A model generated the notes under the pieces. That model saw nothing but the letters and a program-made list of their open reading frames with translations. It made no database searches and was not told the DNA's origin. A program made the position numbers and the translations under genes. From assembly GCA_964347045.1 (NCBI GenBank), contig CAYFXC010000005.1, forward strand, positions 32,068 through 96,067: 64,000 bases of DNA, written 5' to 3'. Positions 26,645 to 35,696 of this stretch are shown in pieces; the first letter of the stretch is position 1, and each line of letters starts with the position of its first letter. The DNA is from an uncultured archaeon (lineage in GTDB: Archaea > Asgardarchaeota > Hermodarchaeia > Hermodarchaeales > Hermodarchaeaceae).

Positions 26645-28099
26645 CTAAACCTCGAGTCTTCCGGGGTGCATTATCCCATTCGGGTCCCAAAGATCTTTTA
26701 GTTCTTTGAGCATCTTCACATATTCGGGCATCAAGGGTCTCATCGCAGGCCAATGAATGAAGGCGTTTGGACGATAATTTAACCAGCCTTTCTTAAGGGC
26801 AATTTTAGTGAAGTATTTATCCCAGGCTTCAGCTTGTTCATAGCCTTTTTCGGTTCGGCTATCGAAGGTGATAATTGGCATTGAGATACACTGTCGCCCC
26901 TGCTCGATACTTGCTACCCATTGGACGGGTGGAATATCGAATTTCTCCATGGTCTCTACAGAAATCCGGGAGATTTCAGCGCAATCCTTCCAGGGACAGT
27001 ACCATGTAATGAATACGTAGCCAGCTCGGTGCATAGCATATGGAACTGCGATAAGGTTAGGTTTAGTAAGGCGTACGGCTTTGGCGCGGGGGTGAAGTTC
27101 CATGGGGTCGGCTTTGCCACCGGTTTCTCGGATTTTCTCTGCTTCTTCTTCGATGATGTCCATTTGGCTTTGCATTTCTTTTTCGGTGTTCGCCCAGAGC
27201 TCGTAGTTCATAAGCCATTCAGGAATGTAGTATTTCGTTTCTCGCCATTCTTCTAGAGTTGTGGGGACTTCCCGCTCATCCTTTCGGCTGGGGACTAGCC
27301 ACCAGTTACCCCCTTGTACCATGACACCGACTTCTTTCTTTAAAACAGCCATTGAATGGTTTTGCATATCTTCAGGGGTATCATAATCATAGGCGACCAA
27401 GTCAATATAGGGGGGATGGGGGATGATACGTATTGCGGCTTTTGTGATGATGCCCATGGTGCCTTGAGCACCAAGAAAGAGACCCGTGAAGTCGGGTCCA
27501 GGTCCCCACGGGTAATAGGGTTTGAAACCCTTCAGAGCCCAGCTACCTGTGTATATGATGTCGCCACGAGGGAGAATGACTTCAAGACCGTTGATCATTC
27601 GTCCCTGGGGACCATACTTGCTTGTGACTAAGCTAAAACCCCGTTCGAGTGCATCACCGATGAGAGTGGCACGTGGTGGGGCACCATCTGGGACGGGCGG
27701 AGCCCATTCTGGGTGGTGTTTCCGGAAATATGTCCATACCTGCCCTGAAGTAACGCCTGCTTCCACAATGACATATCGGGCATCTTCGTCGACTTCGATG
27801 ATTTTATTCAATCGTACCAAGTCTAAAATAATGCCTTCGGGTTTCAGAGGCTGAGCATATCCGCCACTCAATCCTCCGGAATATGGACTGATAGGAATCT
27901 TATATTTGTTACAAAGGTTAACGATTTCTTGGATTTCATCCCGATTGCCCGGTTTCACAATCGCTTCCGCGACAGCTGCTCGAATACCCATCACAGATCG
28001 CGCCATGTAACTATGGCGCATCGCAAGGTTAGTGGTAATATGATCAGGACCAATAATTTTGGTGGCTTCATCAACGAATTTATCAATATTGCCAGGCAC
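26645..28099 (-). CDS. FAD-binding (PCMH-type) oxidase, GlcD/D-lactate dehydrogenase family
   Basis: FAD-binding domain pattern (PYSGGLSGG, GVTSGQV), GAQGTMGIITKA, and a C-terminal DPNGIMHPG. It sits immediately upstream of the CCG Fe-S protein on the same strand. Confidence 0.8.
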   Translation of the reverse strand: MPGNIDKFVDEATKIIGPDHITTNLAMRHSYMARSVMGIRAAVAEAIVKPGNRDEIQEIVNLCNKYKIPISPYSGGLSGGYAQPLKPEGIILDLVRLNKIIEVDEDARYVIVEAGVTSGQVWTYFRKHHPEWAPPVPDGAPPRATLIGDALERGFSLVTSKYGPQGRMINGLEVILPRGDIIYTGSWALKGFKPYYPWGPGPDFTGLFLGAQGTMGIITKAAIRIIPHPPYIDLVAYDYDTPEDMQNHSMAVLKKEVGVMVQGGNWWLVPSRKDEREVPTTLEEWRETKYYIPEWLMNYELWANTEKEMQSQMDIIEEEAEKIRETGGKADPMELHPRAKAVRLTKPNLIAVPYAMHRAGYVFITWYCPWKDCAEISRISVETMEKFDIPPVQWVASIEQGRQCISMPIITFDSRTEKGYEQAEAWDKYFTKIALKKGWLNYRPNAFIHWPAMRPLMPEYVKMLKELKDLWDPNGIMHPGRLEV

Positions 28100-28207
28100 G
28101 CTGGACGCCTCCGTTAAGGGGAATCAAGGTGTTGATGCCGACAACGTGTGACCGCCAGTACATAAGCGTTACAGTCGTTAGAATTGTAATACATAAGTAA
28201 AACATGG

Positions 28208-28225
28208 AGTTTGTTCGAACAAACT
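28208..28225. promoter_or_regulatory. Perfect 18-nt palindrome AGTTTGTTCGAACAAACT upstream of the FAD-oxidase/Fe-S operon (candidate operator)
   Basis: Verified self-complementary by hand. It lies about 110 nt upstream of the start codon at 28099 (minus strand) in a 290-nt intergenic region. Confidence 0.3.
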
Positions 28226-28391
28226 TACGAGGTAAAATGAAATTCTGTTATGTTCAGAGCCACAGATCCTTGAATTGCTTATTTCGGTTAATATGAGTAT
28301 ATTTCAAATGTGATCCCAAGAAATCACACGTATACTTAATTTTCGTTGTTAATCTGAAAATGACAAAAGATGAATTTGCTGCATTCAAACT

Positions 28392-29711
28392 TTAAGCTAA
28401 TTTCTTCATTGCCTTCACGATGAGAAAGTCGGGTACCATATGATCATCGAGGTAAGCTTTTCGTGGGAATTGTTGAACCACTTCTTCAGAGGCCTTCGGT
28501 TCACTCACCTCAACAAGCACGAAATTATTTTTAATTAGTTCATTGAGATATGCGCTTATCGGTCTGGGGAAAGTAATTGTTGGTGGATGATCGGTATTGA
28601 GCATTGGTCTTTCATCGAAGTAATCGATGACAACTTTCATCCGGTCTTCATTTCTTTGGCTATCTCTGGGAACTCTGATCGTATTGCATGCTGGCCAACT
28701 GAATGCCGGATGGAGAATACTAAACACAAAGATGCCCCCTTCCTTCAACACCTGGGATATCTGCTGGATGGTCGTTTTATAATCTTTAATGTCCATTAGC
28801 GCCATATTGCAGATTACTTTGTCAAAAGAGGCTTCGTCGAACTTGTCTGTAAGTTGTTCAGCGTTGAGTCTCACATAGCTAATGCCCAATTGCTCTTTTT
28901 CTTCTCTTTCGATGGCAAAATCAAGCAATTCAGAAAGGTCAATCCCGGTGACCTTTGCGCCATTTCTGGCTAGATGGCGGGCCACGTTTCCTTCGCCACA
29001 AGCAACGTCTAATATTGTCTCGTCCTTTTGTAAATCAATCAAGTGATATAATACTGGCAAAATGATGTACTTATGATGGTAATCCCCGCCTTCCCCAGCA
29101 AAAGACACCCAGGTGGGAGCTGCATTGTCCCAGAAGGTTATTAGACTGATTTCATCAATCGATTCTAGCCTCTCCCAGAATCCACATCTTCCTAGCGTGA
29201 GAACCCGTTGACGCCCCCAAGCCTTATGGGGAAACTCTTGTGATGCGATTTCATCCGTCGGGCTAGGTTTCCAGATAACAAGGCTTTCTTCTGGTTGAAG
29301 GGCTCCAACTTGGAAGGGATGGGTTCCATCATATTCCGCGAAATCTAATGCTGGATTCATCTTCCCACAGTTCGCACAAGGAATGGTGTAGTAGTTGTCA
29401 TAAATCAGGAATTCGTTTTGGACCATTTTTTCTTCGACACAGGCTAGACATGTAAAGGTCTTACAGGCAGAACACCAGGCAATTCCGTTGAAGTGTCTCA
29501 GTTCTCCACATGTGTTACATTCATATTTCCAGTGCAAAGAACAGCGCGGAGTAAAGGAGATTACTTCATGGGACGCATCGTTTAAGGGATAGCCCTTGAC
29601 CACTTGTGCATATTCAGAACAATAGAAACACGAAACACCCTCTAAAGAAGTCATAAGTAAGGAAATCAAAGAAAGTATAAAAAAAGCCCGCCGCCTTCCT
29701 AAAAGGTGCAT
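28392..29711 (-). CDS. SAM-dependent methyltransferase with Cys-rich (multi-CxxC) N-terminal domain
   Basis: C-terminal half has class I MTase motif I ILDVACGEGNVARHLARNGAKVTGIDLS and FDKVICNMALMD. The N-terminal ~130 aa carries CFYC, CNTC, CSAC..C.AC and CANC pairs. The true start may be an internal Met. Confidence 0.7.
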   Translation of the reverse strand: MHLLGRRRAFFILSLISLLMTSLEGVSCFYCSEYAQVVKGYPLNDASHEVISFTPRCSLHWKYECNTCGELRHFNGIAWCSACKTFTCLACVEEKMVQNEFLIYDNYYTIPCANCGKMNPALDFAEYDGTHPFQVGALQPEESLVIWKPSPTDEIASQEFPHKAWGRQRVLTLGRCGFWERLESIDEISLITFWDNAAPTWVSFAGEGGDYHHKYIILPVLYHLIDLQKDETILDVACGEGNVARHLARNGAKVTGIDLSELLDFAIEREEKEQLGISYVRLNAEQLTDKFDEASFDKVICNMALMDIKDYKTTIQQISQVLKEGGIFVFSILHPAFSWPACNTIRVPRDSQRNEDRMKVVIDYFDERPMLNTDHPPTITFPRPISAYLNELIKNNFVLVEVSEPKASEEVVQQFPRKAYLDDHMVPDFLIVKAMKKLA

Positions 29712-29840
29712 TGAAAGTTAAACCGATTCTAGTGAGAGGTCTAAAAATTTTTGAGGTCTTTCTAATACCACATATGGGATATTCTTGAAAACTGCTGGTG
29801 ATATGCCTACAATGACCAACCGTCGTGCGTATTTAACCAT

Positions 29841-29861
29841 ATTTGTTTATGTCAAACAAAT
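29841..29861. promoter_or_regulatory. Inverted repeat ATTTGTTT-N5-AAACAAAT in the divergent methyltransferase / hppA intergenic region
   Basis: 8-bp perfect arms sharing the TTTGTT/AACAAA half-site with the palindrome at 28208-28225. Confidence 0.25.
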
Positions 29862-30012
29862 CTGTCATTTGCGTTGCAGTCGTTTTGGATTCTTAGAAAA
29901 ACGTAAGTCAAAATAGAATGATGCATTTTTCTAGCAAAGCTAGTTACGTATGTCAATAATTTCAGGCATGATTGTCAAGCTTAAAAAATGACTCTTTCGA
30001 AACAACGGGAAC

Positions 30013-30020
30013 TATATAAA
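30013..30020 (+). promoter_or_regulatory. TATA-box-like TATATAAA upstream of hppA
   Basis: An A/T octamer that matches the archaeal TATA consensus, 59 nt upstream of the hppA ATG. No transcript data are available. Confidence 0.25.
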
Positions 30021-30078
30021 AGGGACATGTGTGCGTAATGAAGAGTTCCTAAAATTAGATGAAATCTAAGGTGTTCTT

Positions 30079-32391
30079 ATGGTTGGATTCTTCTCGACGT
30101 TCCTCAGCCTCTCGCCATTTGAGCAAGCAATGCTCTATTTTGTTATCATTGCCGCCATTATCAGTCTTATCTACGCCTTATGGCTTCGGCGTGATGTTCT
30201 CAAACACGATAAAGGCACCCCCGAAATGCAGGACGTTTGGGGCGCAATCAAAGAAGGATCCAATGCTTACCTCTCCAAACAACTACGCACCATCCTTCCT
30301 ATCATTTTCCTCCTCACTTTTGTTCTCTTTCTTTCGGTCTATATTATTCCCCCAAGCCCTGAAGCTGTTGATGTCTTTCCTCCAGGGTTGTATAGTACCA
30401 GTCTTATCATTGCCACTGGCCGCTCGATTGCCTTTATTATGGGGGCTCTCTCCTCCCTCTCTGTAGGTCAATTGGGTATGCGCATAGCCATTGAATCAAA
30501 CATCCGTGTTGCCTCAGCTTCTGGACGTAGCTATCGTGAGGCTCTCAAAATCGCATATCATGGTGGTACTTTCACTGGCATGCTCACTGATGGTCTTGGT
30601 CTTCTCGGCGGTACTCTCATATTCATCGCCTTCGGCATCAGCGCCCCTGATGCTCTCCTCGGCTTCGGACTCGGTGGCACACTTCTTGCTCTCTTTATGC
30701 GTATCGGTGGTGGTATTTATACAAAAGCCGCTGATGTCGGGGCCGACCTCGTCGGAAAAGTCGAAGCTGGGCTTCCCGAGGACGACCCACGCAATGCCGC
30801 TGTTATCGCTGACCTTGTTGGAGACAATGTTGGGGATTGTGCTGGTATGGCCGCTGACATTTTCGAATCCTACGAAGTCACAATCGTATCTGCCCTTATA
30901 CTTGGTGTCGCTCTTTTCGCTATTACTGGTCAAATCTTCTGGATTATTTTTCCCCTCGTTGTGCGAGCCATTGGTGTCATCAGTAGCATTATTGGGACCT
31001 TCATGGTTGCCGTCTGGCGAACTGACAAAGCCGAAAAAGCCATGTTCTACAGTTATGAAGTGAGTAGTGCTTTCACAATTATTGTGTCCAGCATCTTTGC
31101 TTTCGTATATACGGGGGACGTTCGACTCGGCATTCTAGTCGCTGTCGGTGTCCTTCTCGCCGTTAGCTTCAACCCTCTTACCAACTATTTCACCAGCCAT
31201 CGCCATCGTCCTGTCGAAGAAATCGTTGAACAAGCTCACGGTGGACCCGCCACCATTGTACTTAGCGGAATTAGCACTGGTTATGAAGCAGCTGTCTGGA
31301 TCACAATAGTGATAGTCGCTTCCTTCATTGCCTCATGGCTCATCGCACCTGAATATGTCCTCTATGGTATCGCGCTCGTCGGTATTGGGATGCTAAGTCA
31401 CACAGGCAATAACGTTGCAATGGATAGCTACGGACCCATTGCCGACAACGCTGGTGGTATTGCCGAGTTAACGAATATGTCTGATGAACCACGGAAAGTT
31501 CTTGCAGATTTGGATGCAGTGGGTAATACGATGAAAGCGATTACAAAGAATGTGGCGATTGCCTCCGCCGTGGTTGCTGCAAGTGCACTTTTCTACAGTT
31601 TTGTGGTTGATGTGACCCGTGCTGCAGAATTCTGGGGTATCATAAACCCATTGGCATTTGGGATTCAAGTGAATAATCCTGTGGTATTAGCTGGCCTCTT
31701 AGTTGGAGCAGCATTACCGTGGTTGTTCTCAGCCTTAGCAATTCGAGCCGTTAGTCGGGCCTCCAGTCAAATTATTGATGAAGTTCGAGAGCAGTTTAAG
31801 ATTCCAGGTGTAATGGAAGGAAAGGTGAAACCACACTATGATCGAGTCGTCTCTATTACAACAGCTGCAGCACAAAAAGAGCTCATTAGTTTAACGATTC
31901 TCGCGGTAGTTACTCCTTTGGTCGTTGGACTATTATTGCAGCTTGAGGCTCTAGGTGGATTTCTGGCGGGTTTAATTGCGTCTGGGTTACTCCTTGCTGT
32001 GTACATGTCAGTTGCAGGGGGCGCGTGGGATAACGCGAAAAAATACATTGAAGAAGAAATCTGTGCACCCCAGGAAGGCACTGGTAAAGGTTCTGAGCGA
32101 CATAAGGCTGCCGTGTGTGGAGACACAATTGGTGATCCTCTGAAGGATACAGCTGGTCCAGCTTTGAATCCGATGATAAAGGTAGTTAACTTGGTAGCAT
32201 TGATTGTTGCACCAGTTCTATTGATTTATCGGTTCAATCCACCTCCGACTTGGCCACCGAGTCCAGATTGGATGATTTTGACACTTATAATCAGCGTTGT
32301 TGTCATGATCTTTGTGACATTACTGATTTGGTCCTTCCGTCGAAGTCGGCGTTCCATTCCGCCTTTAGCTGAATGGGAAAGCAAAGATTAG
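30079..32391 (+). CDS. hppA: Membrane-bound proton-translocating pyrophosphatase (K+-independent-type signature)
   Basis: GGIYTKAADVGADLVGKVE, DNVGDCAGMAADIFESY, and DAVGNTMKAITKN (Lys and Thr at the K+-dependence determinant positions). There are about 16 TM segments. Confidence 0.95.
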   Translation: MVGFFSTFLSLSPFEQAMLYFVIIAAIISLIYALWLRRDVLKHDKGTPEMQDVWGAIKEGSNAYLSKQLRTILPIIFLLTFVLFLSVYIIPPSPEAVDVFPPGLYSTSLIIATGRSIAFIMGALSSLSVGQLGMRIAIESNIRVASASGRSYREALKIAYHGGTFTGMLTDGLGLLGGTLIFIAFGISAPDALLGFGLGGTLLALFMRIGGGIYTKAADVGADLVGKVEAGLPEDDPRNAAVIADLVGDNVGDCAGMAADIFESYEVTIVSALILGVALFAITGQIFWIIFPLVVRAIGVISSIIGTFMVAVWRTDKAEKAMFYSYEVSSAFTIIVSSIFAFVYTGDVRLGILVAVGVLLAVSFNPLTNYFTSHRHRPVEEIVEQAHGGPATIVLSGISTGYEAAVWITIVIVASFIASWLIAPEYVLYGIALVGIGMLSHTGNNVAMDSYGPIADNAGGIAELTNMSDEPRKVLADLDAVGNTMKAITKNVAIASAVVAASALFYSFVVDVTRAAEFWGIINPLAFGIQVNNPVVLAGLLVGAALPWLFSALAIRAVSRASSQIIDEVREQFKIPGVMEGKVKPHYDRVVSITTAAAQKELISLTILAVVTPLVVGLLLQLEALGGFLAGLIASGLLLAVYMSVAGGAWDNAKKYIEEEICAPQEGTGKGSERHKAAVCGDTIGDPLKDTAGPALNPMIKVVNLVALIVAPVLLIYRFNPPPTWPPSPDWMILTLIISVVVMIFVTLLIWSFRRSRRSIPPLAEWESKD

Positions 32392-32503
32392 TGAATACCT
32401 ATTTAGAATTATGCAACTACGTTGCTAGCAGTGGCGGTTCCTTTAGGAAGCAACATAACACCCAAAAATACGTATGGTATAATGATAGATAGTACATTTT
32501 TGG

Positions 32504-32692
32504 GTGAGCCTTATGTTCTCACAGCCACAGTATGTATTAATTCTAATTTTTATTGGTATCGTATTCATCTTTGCAGGGTTTGGACTCTTATTGATACCCA
32601 TTCTGGGCGCTCAATCCTATGTAGCATCGATATTCCTTCTAGCTGTGGGCGTAATTGCGCTCATCCTAGCAGGATGTCTAAGCCGACGCTAA
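32504..32692 (+). CDS. Possible small two-TM membrane protein (62 aa)
   Basis: The ORF encodes two clean hydrophobic helices and ends in a basic tail (SRR). No homology is recognised. Confidence 0.35.
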   Translation: MSLMFSQPQYVLILIFIGIVFIFAGFGLLLIPILGAQSYVASIFLLAVGVIALILAGCLSRR

Positions 32693-32817
32693 AACTCCTT
32701 ATCTAAGCCGACTCAAGCGTTTCTAGGATAATCTTATCAGAAATTTCAATTACTTCAGAATAACAGAACGCTCATATGAAATCAATTAGATGAATGGAAA
32801 GATAGTTGTATATGAGT

Positions 32818-32923
32818 CACTGGAGCATTGGCGGATTAGACACCTCGAAGATAATAAAAACATCGGAGAGGGAATGGTTTTCTAGGGGGGAGAGAGGTGC
32901 CAACACTTCTCACCGCTCCAGTG
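32818..32923 (+). repeat. Intergenic conserved element, copy B (candidate structured ncRNA or repeat)
   Basis: Same motifs as 7406-7536, with the core at 32865-32892. It is bounded by a perfect 9-bp inverted repeat, CACTGGAGC (32818-32826) / GCTCCAGTG (32915-32923). Confidence 0.6.
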
Positions 32924-33092
32924 ACCAATGCAGAAATCATGACGACACTAGCCCGTTTCTCAGATGAAAATCGCGTTGGCGACATATAAAGGTATATACT
33001 CGCTCTTTGGTTAGTTTTATTGTCAGCACGAGCTACACACTTTTAAGCGGTATTTCTAACTAGTCGCCAAACTTATTCCGAGGCTGAGATTA

Positions 33093-34364
33093 ATGGTGGA
33101 TTTTGCACTTTCCAAAAGGGAACAAGAACTCTTTGATACAGCTATGGCTTTTTCCAAGAAATGGATCGTACCCTATGCTCGTGAACTCGAAGAAGCCGAC
33201 GAATTTCCTTGGGAATTGGCTCAGAAAGCCTATGATGCTGGACTGATGAACTCTCATGTGACAAAAAAGTATGGTGGACCCGCTCATTCGATGGTCGAAG
33301 AAACTCTTATCGGCGAAGCCATAGGCTACGGTGATGGAGGAATTGCCACTACTATTCTAGCAAATAACCTAGCACTCACACCCTTGCTCATTACGGCGAC
33401 TCCTGAACAGATGGAAAAATACATCAAACCCTTTGCCACTGGGAAGAAACCTAAATTTGCGGCTTTTTGTCTAACCGAACGTGAAGCTGGTTCCGATGCA
33501 GCGGCTGTGAAGACCTCAGCTACAAAAGATGGGAATAATTGGATTATCAATGGGAGAAAGTGCTTCAGTACGAATGGACACATAGCAAAATATCATACTG
33601 TCTTCACCACCATAGATCCCGCCCTAGGATACAAGGGTATGGCAGTGCACCTAGTTGACACAGAACTCCCAGGTATTGAAATTGTAATGCTTGAAGACAA
33701 ACTTGGGCAGCGAGCGTCCTTCCAAGCTGAAGTCGAATATAATGATGTTCGCATTCCTGACGACTGCCTTTTTGGTGAAAAAGGAAAGGGTTTCAAATAT
33801 GCTATGCAAACTCTAGACCGCACACGGGCTGGTATAGCTGCACTTGGTGTTGGTATTGCCCAACGCGCCGTAGACGAAGCAGCTATATTTGCAAATTTCC
33901 GGCGACAATTTGGCAAACCCATTGGTGCATTTCAGGGCATCAGCTTCATGATCGCTGATATGGAAGCACGTGCCATGCACGCTCGCTGGGCGACCCGTTA
34001 CTCTGCTTGGTTAGTGGATCAGGGACAACGCAACACCAAAGAATCCAGCTGTGCCAAATTCTTCGCTACCGATGCAGCCATGCAAAATACATTAGATTGC
34101 ATCCAAATCATGGGCGGGTACGGCTATGCTAAGGAATATCCTGCTGAACAAATGATGCGAGGAGCTAAACTCACTCAAATCTATGAAGGTACAAATCAAA
34201 TTCAACGATTAGTCGCTGGGCAGGCAATCCTAAAGGAAGCCCAAGTTACTGAGCTCGATACTGGATTCCGACTGCAATATTCCGGTAAAGATTATCCTGA
34301 TCCCTGGGGTCCACGTGAAGGCGACGTCCCTGATTTCTGGGGAAAGAAGAAATCCAAGAAATAA
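33093..34364 (+). CDS. Acyl-CoA dehydrogenase
   Basis: ACAD motifs: FCLTEREAGSDAAAVKT, GYKGM, RAGIAA..VGIAQ, QIMGGYGY and YEGTNQIQRLV. It has a ~40-aa basic C-terminal extension. Confidence 0.9.
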   Translation: MVDFALSKREQELFDTAMAFSKKWIVPYARELEEADEFPWELAQKAYDAGLMNSHVTKKYGGPAHSMVEETLIGEAIGYGDGGIATTILANNLALTPLLITATPEQMEKYIKPFATGKKPKFAAFCLTEREAGSDAAAVKTSATKDGNNWIINGRKCFSTNGHIAKYHTVFTTIDPALGYKGMAVHLVDTELPGIEIVMLEDKLGQRASFQAEVEYNDVRIPDDCLFGEKGKGFKYAMQTLDRTRAGIAALGVGIAQRAVDEAAIFANFRRQFGKPIGAFQGISFMIADMEARAMHARWATRYSAWLVDQGQRNTKESSCAKFFATDAAMQNTLDCIQIMGGYGYAKEYPAEQMMRGAKLTQIYEGTNQIQRLVAGQAILKEAQVTELDTGFRLQYSGKDYPDPWGPREGDVPDFWGKKKSKK

Positions 34365-34458
34365 ATCTGATTTACTTCCTTTTAAAAAGAAAGTGAAAGA
34401 GCCGACATTGGGTATTCCATTTGTCGACTCTTGGAGTTTTCGAGTGGAGCAAAGATAA

Positions 34459-35439
34459 TTACTTGTTCTTTTTCTTTTGACGTAATTGCCTAGCAGCGGT
34501 TGGTTGTCCCCCACCAACAAGTCCTGTGAGACCCATAATCTCGCCTTTCACCATGTCCATTGGGATGGCGAAAACGATAGTGTTGCTTTGATCGAAACTG
34601 ATGTCTTCAAGACTAGAAAGAGTTCGTAAGTAGAGCGCCTGTGTGCTCATCTGTTGTACGGCTTCTTCAAGGTTTCGAGCTGCAACAAGTTCGCCTTCAC
34701 TTTTAATGATGACGGCACGGCGTTCTCGTTCGGCTTCTGCCTGACGGGCAATCACTCTTTTCATATCTGTTGGGAGTTCGATGTTTTGGAGGTTTACACT
34801 GATGATGTCAACGCCCCAATCTTCGGTTTCTTTATCAACAATTAATTTAATGCGATCGGCGATTTGATCACGCTTCGCAAGGAGGTCGTCGAGTTCTACG
34901 TTTCCAATGACGTCCCGCATGGTTGTCTGTGCATATTGGACTGTGCTCGTTCTCACATCTTGGATGTTAATGAGGCTTTTTGGTACGTTTACGACTTTCA
35001 TGAAAACCACAGCATCCACCATGAGGCTGATGTTATCTCTGGTCATTAATTCCTGTTTCATTACATCCAAGTTTTGGATTCGCACATCTTGACGAAGGAA
35101 TTTTTCGGCTCCAGGCCATTTAAAGAAGATCCCAGGTCCAACTAATCGTGTGAATTTACCAAAGCGTAACACGATTGCTTCCTGCCATTGCTTGTTGACT
35201 GAAATTGTCATCGGAAGAAGGATGATAAAAATTACCCCAAAAAATCCGAAGACGACTGGTATGAATAAGGCAACCCAGCCGAGAATTGGTGCAAAAATTG
35301 GGATTGCAAATATTGCCAGTGCAATAAAAAGCAAGAATAGGAAGAGAAAGGTCAAAAATGGAGCTGGCGATCCTCGATATTCGTACATTCGTTTTTGTTC
35401 TTTATCACTTAGGGTTTCTTCACCCATTTTATTCACCAA
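34459..35439 (-). CDS. SPFH/band-7 (stomatin-like) membrane protein
   Basis: N-terminal TM hairpin, then an SPFH core (TRDNISLMVDAVVFMKV, RDVIG...DDLL), followed by an A/E-rich coiled coil (ARQAEAERERRA). Confidence 0.85.
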   Translation of the reverse strand: MVNKMGEETLSDKEQKRMYEYRGSPAPFLTFLFLFLLFIALAIFAIPIFAPILGWVALFIPVVFGFFGVIFIILLPMTISVNKQWQEAIVLRFGKFTRLVGPGIFFKWPGAEKFLRQDVRIQNLDVMKQELMTRDNISLMVDAVVFMKVVNVPKSLINIQDVRTSTVQYAQTTMRDVIGNVELDDLLAKRDQIADRIKLIVDKETEDWGVDIISVNLQNIELPTDMKRVIARQAEAERERRAVIIKSEGELVAARNLEEAVQQMSTQALYLRTLSSLEDISFDQSNTIVFAIPMDMVKGEIMGLTGLVGGGQPTAARQLRQKKKNK

Positions 35440-35696
35440 TACAACTCAAAGGAATCAAACGGATCTTTCAACTTGCTTTCCTATCAAGCTGAATATAGAC
35501 AGCATTTTGATTCACTCTGAGATTGAGAAGATATTGAGCACCGAGACTATGTGTAAATGATGTAAATAAACGTCTGTGAAGCACAATTTGTCAAAGTGTA
35601 AAACCCGTACCAGGTTCGAATATCCCTCATAATAGACAGCAAAAGTTCATGCATTTAAAATTTCGGAGTGGAATTTAATGTGCGAGTCATACGCTA

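Noticed and set aside
35613-35621. GGTTCGAAT T-loop-like motif that might indicate a tRNA
   Set aside because: The flanking bases do not form a T stem (CCAGG versus ATCCC), and no acceptor, D or anticodon arms can be drawn.
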